From Minisyncoccota bacterium (GTDB lineage: Bacteria; Patescibacteriota; Minisyncoccia; Moranbacterales; UBA1568), in assembly GCA_051306005.1 (NCBI GenBank), contig JBPPMJ010000003.1, forward strand, positions 329,171 through 393,170: DNA of 64,000 nucleotides, read 5' to 3'. The notes beneath the pieces were generated by a model. The model did no database searches and had not been told where the DNA came from. It was given only the letters and a program-made list of their open reading frames with translations. Positions within the stretch are counted from its first letter, which is position 1; every line of letters begins with the position of its first letter. Made by a program: the position numbers and the translations under genes. Positions 40,815 through 50,104 of this stretch are shown here, one piece after another.

Positions 40815-42089
40815 TTATAATCGCCCGTGAGTTTCAGATTTTTTGTAAATTGATTTGAGATCGTAGATTATAGAATTTTCCTTTCCAAATGATTTTATCT
40901 TTTGGATTCCTAATTCAGCGAATTGGTTATGCATAACAGCAATGACAATACCGTCATATGAACCTTCTTCTGGATTTTCTACAAGATCAATATCATATAT
41001 TTTCTTCATTTCAGTTGGATTCGCAACAGGATCATAGACATCAACAATGATATTATATCCTTCAAGTGCTTTTTTGATATCCAACGGACGGGCATTACGA
41101 ATATCAGGACAGTTCTCTTTGAAAGTTGTTCCCATAAGCAACACTTTCGAACCAGGAATACCGAGGTTGTTCCTCGACATAAGTTGAGCAATTTCGTTGG
41201 CTACATAGAACCCCATCCCGTCATTTATCGTTCGTGTAGCTTTCAAGATACCCATATTGTGCCCAACCGATTGAGCTTTATGAACGAGATAGTATGGATC
41301 CACACCAATACAATGTCCACCAACAAGGCCAGGAACGAACGGCAACGCATTCCACTTTGTTTTCATTGCATCCGTTACTTCTTTTGTATCGATATCAAGT
41401 TTATTAAGTAAGATAGCCACCTCATTCATAAAACCGATATTCACATCCCTCTGTGCATTTTCAATCACTTTGCAAGCTTCCGCTGCTTCTAAACTACTCA
41501 CGCGATGTGTCCCTGCTGTAATAATTTCTTTATACAAAGTATCGACGAAATCAGCAGTTTCTTCATTGGATCCAGATGTAACTTTTTTAATATCTGCGAG
41601 TTTCAGTGTATCTGCAGGAGAAATGCGTTCTGGGCTATACCCAACAAAAAAATCTTCATTAAATTTCAGTCCTGATCCTTCTTCAATCGCTGGGACACAG
41701 ATTTCTCGTGTCGCACCAGGATAAACCGTGGACTCATAGATAATAACATCTCCTTCAGCAACATATCTTCCTACTGAGCTACTCGCATTTATTAGGGCAG
41801 TAAAATCAGGGACGTTAAATTCATTAACAGGGGTTGGGAGAGCAAGGATATAGACGTTAGCTGAAACAATATCACTTTCTTTATCTGTAAAAATAAGTTT
41901 TTCAGTCTCAATGAGATCATTTTTTGATGTTTCTCGTGTCCTATCATATCCGCTCTTGAGCTCACTTATACGATCATGACTAATATCAAATCCAATAACG
42001 CTGAATTTCTTACTGAAAGCGAGTGCTAATGGTAATCCTACATAACCAAGACCAACAACTGCAATCTTCGTTTTTTCCAAAGTTCTCAT
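40815..42089 (-). CDS. Nucleotide-sugar dehydrogenase (UDP-glucose/GDP-mannose dehydrogenase family, WecC/TviB-like)
   Basis: N-terminal Rossmann KIAVVGLGYVGLPLALAF, a central catalytic Cys region (GGHCIGVDPYYL) and a C-terminal UDP-binding domain. Confidence 0.85.
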   Translation of the reverse strand: MRTLEKTKIAVVGLGYVGLPLALAFSKKFSVIGFDISHDRISELKSGYDRTRETSKNDLIETEKLIFTDKESDIVSANVYILALPTPVNEFNVPDFTALINASSSVGRYVAEGDVIIYESTVYPGATREICVPAIEEGSGLKFNEDFFVGYSPERISPADTLKLADIKKVTSGSNEETADFVDTLYKEIITAGTHRVSSLEAAEACKVIENAQRDVNIGFMNEVAILLNKLDIDTKEVTDAMKTKWNALPFVPGLVGGHCIGVDPYYLVHKAQSVGHNMGILKATRTINDGMGFYVANEIAQLMSRNNLGIPGSKVLLMGTTFKENCPDIRNARPLDIKKALEGYNIIVDVYDPVANPTEMKKIYDIDLVENPEEGSYDGIVIAVMHNQFAELGIQKIKSFGKENSIIYDLKSIYKKSETHGRL

Positions 42090-43303
42090 ATTTTTTTACT
42101 CTTTAATGAATTATACATATTACAAATTGCAACGCCAGCTTCTTCTTTATACAGATAATCTTCAACACAAAGATTCTCAAGTGGATAAGGATGGAACTCT
42201 CCATCAACAGTAAAGCCTTCTGTATCTATATACACAATATTTAATCCCTTCTTCCTTGCAGATTCCTGTGTTTTTCTTCTATCAGCATGAAGCCCAAAAA
42301 CAAATAGTGACTTTACTCGAGGGTGAAAAATAAATTTTGGAGCGATATGAGCCTCTTCAAATCGTCTAATAAACTTCTCTTTCAGTCCGACCTTGCTCGG
42401 CATCAAATCGAAATTATTATTTATTACCTCACCAACAAAATATCCTTCATCATACATTTTCCGTAGTGTCTGGTAAAAAACTCCAGGCCTTTTCTTAAAT
42501 GCTGTTTTAAACATTCTGGTCAACACTGGAAGATAGTCTTCGGTATCAAATAACATTCTGTCCAACAGCGTGTCATCACGGGGGTTAAAAATAAATTTTT
42601 TCGTCTTGAAATCTTCAGTAACCGAATAAGCATCATGTAAAAAATGAAGTGGCGGTATACCGCTTTCAATAGATGGGCCACACCCCAACTCAACTTGTGC
42701 TGGCAAAAGACTCCTCAATAATTCCTCTGAATAGGGTATGGATGTATCGTTCCTCTTACCACGTTCTCTTACTCCTGTTTTCAGGATATTCCATGGCTTT
42801 TCTTTTATCTCTTTACTACGTACGAATTCTGGTGATGAAAAATAAATTTCATAATCAAAATACCCGTCTTTATCAGAGGTCCTTTTTTCTACATGAAGAA
42901 GCAGATCTCCTTTTGTATATACGCGATTGTTATTATTTTTATTGATGAGCTTCCACCCAGCAGTGCCAATCTTTTCAGTAAAACCCACAACTTGAAACAA
43001 GTCCTCCTCAGCGGGCAATGTATAAAATATCCACAAATAAAAATTTTTCAAACAAAGGGCATAGCCACCCCCCATAACATCATCACGAAATATATCGTAA
43101 CTGTAATTATAATGAATCATCCTCTTCCGTTCACCAAAAACTTCATCGGCAGATGAGCCATTTTTCAATGCACTTTGGGTACGCCTCCAAATACCTTCTT
43201 CGCTTGTCCTATCCCAATCAGAAGATGTATCTTTATAAATGGTTTCCCACGTTTTTACCTCTTCCGAAGATAAACTTTCCTTTACCTTATAAGGAAATTT
43301 CAT
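42086..43303 (-). CDS. Protein with a C-terminal SIR2-like (sirtuin/DHS-like NAD-binding) domain and an unrecognised N-terminal domain of about 200 aa
   Basis: VELGCGPSIESGIPPLHF matches the sirtuin GAGIS-x-ESGIP-x-FR Rossmann motif. RPGVFYQTLRKMYDEGYFVGEVINNNFDL matches the P-x-x-H-x-x-L...TQNID region. No zinc-ribbon cysteines are present. The gene overlaps the downstream dehydrogenase by 4 bp. Confidence 0.45.
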   Translation of the reverse strand: MKFPYKVKESLSSEEVKTWETIYKDTSSDWDRTSEEGIWRRTQSALKNGSSADEVFGERKRMIHYNYSYDIFRDDVMGGGYALCLKNFYLWIFYTLPAEEDLFQVVGFTEKIGTAGWKLINKNNNNRVYTKGDLLLHVEKRTSDKDGYFDYEIYFSSPEFVRSKEIKEKPWNILKTGVRERGKRNDTSIPYSEELLRSLLPAQVELGCGPSIESGIPPLHFLHDAYSVTEDFKTKKFIFNPRDDTLLDRMLFDTEDYLPVLTRMFKTAFKKRPGVFYQTLRKMYDEGYFVGEVINNNFDLMPSKVGLKEKFIRRFEEAHIAPKFIFHPRVKSLFVFGLHADRRKTQESARKKGLNIVYIDTEGFTVDGEFHPYPLENLCVEDYLYKEEAGVAICNMYNSLKSKKI

Positions 43304-43560
43304 ACGAGATGTATGCTTAGCAGAAAAATTAAGTCTTGCCTACATTTTCCTCTAAAACCCATTTTAAGTCAAGAAAACAGTTTTGACATAAAAAAATTAA
43401 TGAATCTCCCACGGGCTTACGCCCGGGGTTTCATACCCCTCGAGCTTCGCTCGCCAAGCTTACGCTCAGGGATTTACTTGCGCAGTTAAATAACCAAGTA
43501 AATCACCCTATCATAACCCTTGTTTTTTAACAACTAACACCTTATAATCATAATCCTCCC

Positions 43561-45282
43561 TCATTTCCCAATCCCCGAAAAAGAAGCCTGATCGGAGGTG
43601 CCGGTCTTGATTTTGGGATTAATGAAAGGTAGCTCGACGATGAAACGAGAGCCTTTTCCCGGACCATCAGATTCGATATGAATATGTCCGCCATGCGCTT
43701 CTACAAAATTTTTGCCAACATAGAGACCGAGTCCAGTACCCGAGACATACATTTTAGATGTTTCCTGACTACGCATAAATTTCTCGAATAGCCTCTCTTT
43801 TTCTTTAGCACCAATACCAAGTCCGGTATCCGCGACTATGATGCGTGCCACCATCGTGTTCGCTTCCAAAGACACAATAACGCCACCTTCTTTGGTATAC
43901 TTCAAAGCATTATCGATTAGATTGGATATTACTTCTTTCATTTTATTGGCATCCAATGTCAAAACTGGTATAGGCGTAGCAGGTAAACGCATTTCTAATG
44001 ATAGGTGTTTATCCTTGGCTACAGTGCCAAACATTTCCACCAATTCGGCAATCAATGGCTCTAGATGTGTCGGAGAAAAAGTATACTGGATACGTCCCGA
44101 TTCGATACGCGATATATTAAGCAGATCTTCAACCAAATGCACCAATCGATCATTAATGATATAGAGTTTGTCCATCACGTCTTGAATAGCCGGAGACACG
44201 GCGCCATATGATCCCTCCAAAATGAGCGAAACGTAGCCCTTGATGGCAGTGAGCGGGGTGCGCAACTGATGCGAAGCGATGGAGACGAATTCCGATTTTG
44301 CCTTGTCCAAATCGTGCAAGCGATCATTCGCCACCGCCAAACTGTCGGAGAGTTTCTGGAGCTCTTCTCTACGCTTGACTTCCTGCTTCACCGATCGGAT
44401 AAGTAACCAACCAGCACCGGATGTGATGACCAGCGTAATACCGATGAGAATTCTATTGGTCGTACTCGTCGCAAATGTGAATATGGACGCAATGAGCAGA
44501 AACTGCGTCACCACCAACGCCTGCGCTCCGAGCAGTTTGATATCAAAGGCCTGGAATTTGACGATCGCATACGCTAAAAGTCCTATAAAAATAGGCGCAC
44601 CGAAAAGTCCATATTGACCCAGTGACCAATTCTCCGTCCAACTACCCACTATGTTGCCAAAAGAAAAAGCAGTTAAAAATAAAATCACGCCACTAGATAC
44701 TATTAACAACTCGTTCGTATTATGCTCTTTTCTTTTTCTAAAAAAGTAAAAAAATATTTCAATAAAAATGGCTAATACATACACTATTTCAACAAGATAG
44801 GCATACTGCCACAGCATTCCCTCTAAGGCCTCTCTTTCACAGTTTGTAAAATTAAAAAATACAAGATTATACTCCGTGGAAGCCAAGAGTATGAGAGGAA
44901 TAAATGGGATACCTATAACCACTTTTCCCCAAAATGGAAAATCTTTTTTCCAAATAAAAACATGTATGAAGTACAAGGCCGTAACATATATCAGAAGATC
45001 AAAAAAAATCATTGATGACCACACAAACATTATGTATTCACTTTTTTCGGTAGCCCACAAAATTAAGTCAAAGAAAATCCAGAGACAGAAAAATCCAATT
45101 AAAGAAAAAAGAATCTGATTGACGAGCGCTCTACGATTACTGAAAAAAATAAAGGCTCCAAGGACAGCAGCCAAAAAGAATGATCCTAAATGAGAATAGT
45201 ATATCAATGGATCAAAAACATTTTGGGAAAATATCAGAAACTTCGCGGTGTCCCAAGTACATAACAAAGGATTCAGATTCAT
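43561..45282 (-). CDS. Sensor histidine kinase with a multi-TM (about 8 helices) N-terminal sensor domain
   Basis: HisKA H-box EFVSIASHQLRTPLTAIKGY. HATPase_c motifs DANKMKEVISNLIDNALKYT (N box), IVADTGLGIGAKE (G1) and GTGLGLYVGKNFVEAHGG (G2). Confidence 0.85.
   Translation of the reverse strand: MNLNPLLCTWDTAKFLIFSQNVFDPLIYYSHLGSFFLAAVLGAFIFFSNRRALVNQILFSLIGFFCLWIFFDLILWATEKSEYIMFVWSSMIFFDLLIYVTALYFIHVFIWKKDFPFWGKVVIGIPFIPLILLASTEYNLVFFNFTNCEREALEGMLWQYAYLVEIVYVLAIFIEIFFYFFRKRKEHNTNELLIVSSGVILFLTAFSFGNIVGSWTENWSLGQYGLFGAPIFIGLLAYAIVKFQAFDIKLLGAQALVVTQFLLIASIFTFATSTTNRILIGITLVITSGAGWLLIRSVKQEVKRREELQKLSDSLAVANDRLHDLDKAKSEFVSIASHQLRTPLTAIKGYVSLILEGSYGAVSPAIQDVMDKLYIINDRLVHLVEDLLNISRIESGRIQYTFSPTHLEPLIAELVEMFGTVAKDKHLSLEMRLPATPIPVLTLDANKMKEVISNLIDNALKYTKEGGVIVSLEANTMVARIIVADTGLGIGAKEKERLFEKFMRSQETSKMYVSGTGLGLYVGKNFVEAHGGHIHIESDGPGKGSRFIVELPFINPKIKTGTSDQASFSGIGK
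43579..43698. repeat. About 120-bp near-identical direct repeat (copy 2), the 3' end of the intact histidine kinase gene
   Basis: See 39773-39892. Confidence 0.8.
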
Positions 45283-45308
45283 AATATCTTACTCATTGCT
45301 TATTAATA

Positions 45309-45779
45309 TTAACTTTGATATTGCATATATACTCCCTGAAAATACTTTGGAATATATGGCAAATATCTATTATACACATCCTTTGGAAGCCAACGGATAC
45401 CACGAATAATTCCTCTACAATTTTTAGCACCACAATGACACTTCATTTCCCATAAACTGTCTTCTGAAATAGAATAGTCAAACGTCAGCTCCTCTCCTTT
45501 TTTAATGTCTCTTAATGCTACAAACAATAGTTTGCCTCGAACCCCAAGATTTGGATTACAGGAATGATTTATATATCTAGCAGGACCGTATGGATCTATC
45601 CATAGATTCTTTCCTACTCCAATCATGTTTGGCTTCATTAAAGCATCTCTCTTGGTTTTTGGATAAAACAAAATCGGCTTTCCTTTTAAAATAAAGGCTA
45701 CCTCTTCTTTTTGTATATTTCTGACTGAAAAAACACCTAACCTGCTTATCTTAGAATGGCTGACAATCACTTTCAACAT
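45309..45779 (-). CDS. SET-domain protein (protein-lysine methyltransferase-like)
   Basis: NHSCNPN and ELTFDY core SET motifs, plus a post-SET cysteine cluster CHCGAKNCRG. 156 aa. Confidence 0.75.
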   Translation of the reverse strand: MLKVIVSHSKISRLGVFSVRNIQKEEVAFILKGKPILFYPKTKRDALMKPNMIGVGKNLWIDPYGPARYINHSCNPNLGVRGKLLFVALRDIKKGEELTFDYSISEDSLWEMKCHCGAKNCRGIIRGIRWLPKDVYNRYLPYIPKYFQGVYMQYQS

Positions 45780-45848
45780 AAAAATAAATTTTTAGACAAG
45801 TTAATATTACTACTTTCATATATAAAAGCAAATGGGGCGCCTCTGATT

Positions 45849-46478
45849 TTATTCAAGAGAACGCCCCGAGTTTTTTTTCCTGCAAAGAAACTGCCGAAGA
45901 ATAAGCATCCAGACAACACTATCAGCAATAAAAATTGTCCAGACATACGCCACTTCAATGTTGTTTCCTTGCTCTATTGCGAAGAAGTTGAGAATATTCC
46001 CTATATGGGTGAATGACCACGGGATGAAGCCTTCTTCTCCTGGATACTTATACGTTTTCACTATTGTAGGCACCAAAACGAGGATTTCCGCGATAAGAGT
46101 AACCGCAAGCGCCAGAAGAGGGTCTCGAGAAATGAGAAACACTCCGATGGCACCAATCACGCCTACAACACAGAGCCAATCAGTACGACTGATACTGCCA
46201 TTGCGTCCGTACCAAAAAGCCAGTACAGCAATAGTCGATAGACCAATAAAGTCACCTAATGGCACATAAATCGTTTCGTGGCCACCAGACCCCCGATAAA
46301 AAATCAGTGACATAAAACCAAGTAACGCCGAAAGCGTCCAAGTGACTTTATGTGGCACTGTTTCTTTCTTCAAGATAGACCAGATATACAGTGGGTGAGC
46401 CAAAAAAGACACTAGCCCTGCGACAATGCCAATAACCCGCTCAGGAGTCATCGGCAAAGAAAATACTAATTCAAGCAC
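45849..46478 (-). CDS. Hypothetical polytopic membrane protein
   Basis: 209 aa with about 6 predicted TM helices and no recognisable motif. Confidence 0.45.
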   Translation of the reverse strand: MLELVFSLPMTPERVIGIVAGLVSFLAHPLYIWSILKKETVPHKVTWTLSALLGFMSLIFYRGSGGHETIYVPLGDFIGLSTIAVLAFWYGRNGSISRTDWLCVVGVIGAIGVFLISRDPLLALAVTLIAEILVLVPTIVKTYKYPGEEGFIPWSFTHIGNILNFFAIEQGNNIEVAYVWTIFIADSVVWMLILRQFLCRKKNSGRSLE

Positions 46479-47054
46479 GATGCCCTCCTACGTTGCAATT
46501 GTTAAACTAACTAGACTACCCATTATACACCAAAAAAACCACCTTGTCAAACGAAAATGTTTACCTTTGGCTTATATAAGTTATTTTATGCCTTTTTTAG
46601 ACTCACTGCATTCACCTCACACCCGACAGAAATCCATTCCCATATCTTTGTCATTCCACCGCCTCCAGATTTCTTCCTTGGCGACCGAGAGTGGGGTATA
46701 GATACCGAGATCCACCGCCGTCTGCACCATCTCTGTTGTCTTCGCTCTTTCCATTTCCTTCACCTGCTTCTTGTCAGTCATACCCTTCAGTATTACTCAT
46801 TATCTCCCATACTCATCAACATACTCAATCACTACAATACAAAATAGGTATAGCAATACCTCTCAATCAGTCCCTTACCATTACATCAATTATACAACAA
46901 ACCCCTCTTTTTGCAAGGAGAAAAGTGAGACAAACATAGCAACCGCGATCATTAAGCCACAATCTTTCTCTTCTAAATCTGCCATCAGTCTGAGCGAGAC
47001 GTTACTACTAAAAAGGGAAAAGCTCGCCGAACAGACTGATCGACGAGCTTGAGT

Positions 47055-47567
47055 TTATACACCGAGTAAGTCCTTGAGCGAGAGGTGCGAGGCACTCGCC
47101 ACAAAGACAAAGTCAGCGTAGGATTTCAGGTTTTGCACATCTTTTTCAAGGGGATGCATTACCTGATTTGAGGCACTGAGTGTCGGAATCTGGTCTCTGC
47201 GGACGATTCTTGTAACCCGCGTATCCTCGTCCGCTTCGCAAAAAACAAGAACACTGTTCGGAAACCTCAACTTGAGCGTCCGGTAGACATCAACGTGGCG
47301 CACTCCGTCCAGTATAAATGGACCATTTACATCCACATTGATTCTTTGGACAAACCAATCGATATAGCTTTCTACGCTTCTCGATTGGTAAATACTGTAG
47401 CCGATCACCTGAAGTAAATCACGATCAGTAGACAAATCATTTTTGATCGCCCATGCTCGCAAAATATCCCCAAATGAAGTCTTGCTGTAACCAAACTCCG
47501 CTACCAGAGCATTTCCGAGAGTGGTTTTGCCACTGCCCGTTGCACCTGCTATGAAGACAGTCTTCAT
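47055..47567 (-). CDS. P-loop NTPase, nucleoside/nucleotide kinase-like (AAA_33/adenylate-kinase-like fold)
   Basis: Walker A FIAGATGSGKTT, an LDGVRH-type lid region. Small, at 170 aa. Confidence 0.55.
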   Translation of the reverse strand: MKTVFIAGATGSGKTTLGNALVAEFGYSKTSFGDILRAWAIKNDLSTDRDLLQVIGYSIYQSRSVESYIDWFVQRINVDVNGPFILDGVRHVDVYRTLKLRFPNSVLVFCEADEDTRVTRIVRRDQIPTLSASNQVMHPLEKDVQNLKSYADFVFVASASHLSLKDLLGV

Positions 47568-47593
47568 CTTGCATCCTCCGTCTATTGTCTCAC

Positions 47594-49024
47594 TTACTCC
47601 ACCAGCTGGAGCAACTCTTTCTCGATTAGTTCCCAGAGACTCTCTCTTTTTTTCACTACGTCGCTTTTCCTCTCATTGGAAAGATTTTCTTCGTGTATCT
47701 TTTTCACATTATCCGACACGATATGCAATTGTGAAAATCGGATACCTAAACTGTTTGCTTCTTTCGCAAAATGTCCTACTTCTGGATCAACAAATGCGTA
47801 CTTGCCTGCCACGGAACGGACGAATGCATTGGATTCCTGCATCACGGATGGCAAAGTGTAGTGCTTGCCACTGACAAAAGCATCAGATTGGGTGCCAAAT
47901 ATATTTTTCCAATGAACAGTCTCCCCATTTACGTTCGACTCATCCATAACGGCAATTCTTGTGTTTGGGATGATGGTATCGATGAAAGTACCTAATTTTC
48001 CTACGTAAATAAATGTATGGCACTGGGTATGCTTGTGAGTTGCCCTCAAGAATGAAGTCGCCGCATTACCCCAAACACTATACTCACACCCTATGAATAG
48101 GATTGACTTACCAATATTCCTTTTATATTCATAAAATGACACTTCTCCTCTCTTCATCCACTTGACATCTGATAGCATTGGCAGCTTGTCTACGTTTCCA
48201 TAAACAACGATATCAGATTTTGGAATATCACCTGTAATAGTATTCTCAACAGCCTTGAATGTCGCATCTTCACCCGGTAAATAATATGATACTTTTGTTT
48301 CTGGGCTATGACGATCCAAGTAATTATCTACCAACATAGAATAGTGCAAAATATAATCGGCAATCGGAAAGCAGGTGAGATATAATGTTCCATTTTCATA
48401 GAAAGTGGTCGGTCGCTTATAGTTGAATAACTTATCATTTTTTTCCTTTTTTGAAACCAGCGTACCCCTATCATAAATAGGAACAACAATCACATTCCTG
48501 ATATCATTCAGATAATCCGTCAAAATATGATGCATTTTCATATCAACATATTCATTCAAATATTTTCCCATACTGTGATTTGCAGCACTGATTTGAAAGT
48601 TGTTAAAATACTCCGTGTTTGAACTCAGATGGGATATGAACAAATAAATCGGGTAGTCGACAAAGTACGGCAACAAATCAACCGGAACAAATGAAATTTC
48701 CTCATGTTTATCTTGTTCATTGTTATGCAATGTGGAAATATCTTCGACAGATCCAAGAAAGTAAAGACCTACCCAATGCGTATCCCCGATCAGCATTTTA
48801 CGCTCAGTAACGAGCGATAGCGAAGAGACATCCAGATTTGTTTCTTCCTTGATTTCTCTCACGAGGGACTCTCCAGTATTTTCTCCCCACTCCAAAGTGC
48901 CTCCCGGCAACATCCATGCACCAGCACCGATCTTCTGATGATTATTCTTTTTTATGAGAAGGAGTCTTTTCTTGTCTTTACTCAGAATGACCGCTCTCGT
49001 ATACACCTTGAATTGCTTATCCAC
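47594..49024 (-). CDS. Fusion protein with an N-terminal Nudix hydrolase domain, a middle domain of unknown function, and a C-terminal PNP_UDP-type nucleosidase/phosphorylase (MTA/SAH-nucleosidase-like) domain
   Basis: Nudix box GAWMLPGGTLEWGENTGESLVREIKEETNL. The C-terminus reads ILFIGCEYSVWGNAA...AFVDPEVGHFAKEANSLGIRFSQLHIVSDNV, matching the MTAN/PNP family motifs (the xMEx active-site region and the terminal xxSDxx). Confidence 0.6.
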   Translation of the reverse strand: MDKQFKVYTRAVILSKDKKRLLLIKKNNHQKIGAGAWMLPGGTLEWGENTGESLVREIKEETNLDVSSLSLVTERKMLIGDTHWVGLYFLGSVEDISTLHNNEQDKHEEISFVPVDLLPYFVDYPIYLFISHLSSNTEYFNNFQISAANHSMGKYLNEYVDMKMHHILTDYLNDIRNVIVVPIYDRGTLVSKKEKNDKLFNYKRPTTFYENGTLYLTCFPIADYILHYSMLVDNYLDRHSPETKVSYYLPGEDATFKAVENTITGDIPKSDIVVYGNVDKLPMLSDVKWMKRGEVSFYEYKRNIGKSILFIGCEYSVWGNAATSFLRATHKHTQCHTFIYVGKLGTFIDTIIPNTRIAVMDESNVNGETVHWKNIFGTQSDAFVSGKHYTLPSVMQESNAFVRSVAGKYAFVDPEVGHFAKEANSLGIRFSQLHIVSDNVKKIHEENLSNERKSDVVKKRESLWELIEKELLQLVE

Positions 49025-49352
49025 AACAATGTAGCATCAAAAAAGTACTTATTGTCCAAGACAAAACTCACAAAAGTAACTCAATCCTAAACTCAAACTA
49101 CATTTTTATAGTACCTCCCGCAGACACTTTGTGCCCCTCGCGTTGCAATCTCACACACAATCCCCCACCCGCTAAATCACGCGATACCATCAATATGTTC
49201 ATACCGCATCACATTTTAGAGATAAAACATTCGTTCGATAATAACATTATATCGTCATTTTGTCAATAGCACAATAGCTAGTGAATTCAAACTCCGACAC
49301 TCACATATACCACCCCCCTTGGTATATTTCAGTATGATATGCCCGATGTCTC

Positions 49353-49560
<208 letters not shown>

Positions 49561-50104
49561 ATTTGAAGAGGCCGTGCCGAATTTTCGATGGCAAAATGAG
49601 ACACGATACAGCGTATGTCTCACTTTACCCTACTAGGGTAATTTTTTTAACACGCTCCCCCACCTTCTTTTTAATATTTTTTTAAAATTTTCCCTCTTTT
49701 TTGAGCGCTGGAGATATGCTGACTCAGTAGCTCATGAATATCTCGAGTAATTTTGCTAGTTTTGATGTCTTTAACAGTGTCATCATACCAGTCAGAGCCT
49801 CGATCTATATTGCTATATCGTTCAACTCCTTCAAGAAATTTTTCTGGCTCTCCGCTAATCTGAAATCCCTGAAATACCTTTCTTACAAACTTTTTAAAAC
49901 CAACTCTTTTTTGAATCAGCCCTATTGACTCTCTAACTTTGATGGAATCTGAGACAGTTAATCTGATAAGACTGTTGGTCTCTTTTTTACAAAAACTGCA
50001 GTATTGTAACTTCTTCTATCCTCCGCACTCTTTACAAGATCGTTCAATCGTTTGTGAACTTTGATTATCTTTTTTGAAGAAAGCTTTTAGATTCTCTAGC
50101 ATAA

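Noticed and set aside
46426-47052. Four overlapping plus-strand ORFs (82-96 aa) in all three frames
   Set aside because: They are an artefact of G-depleted, stop-poor sequence. The overlapping open frames have low-complexity Pro/Ser/Leu-rich translations, which is not a coding signature.
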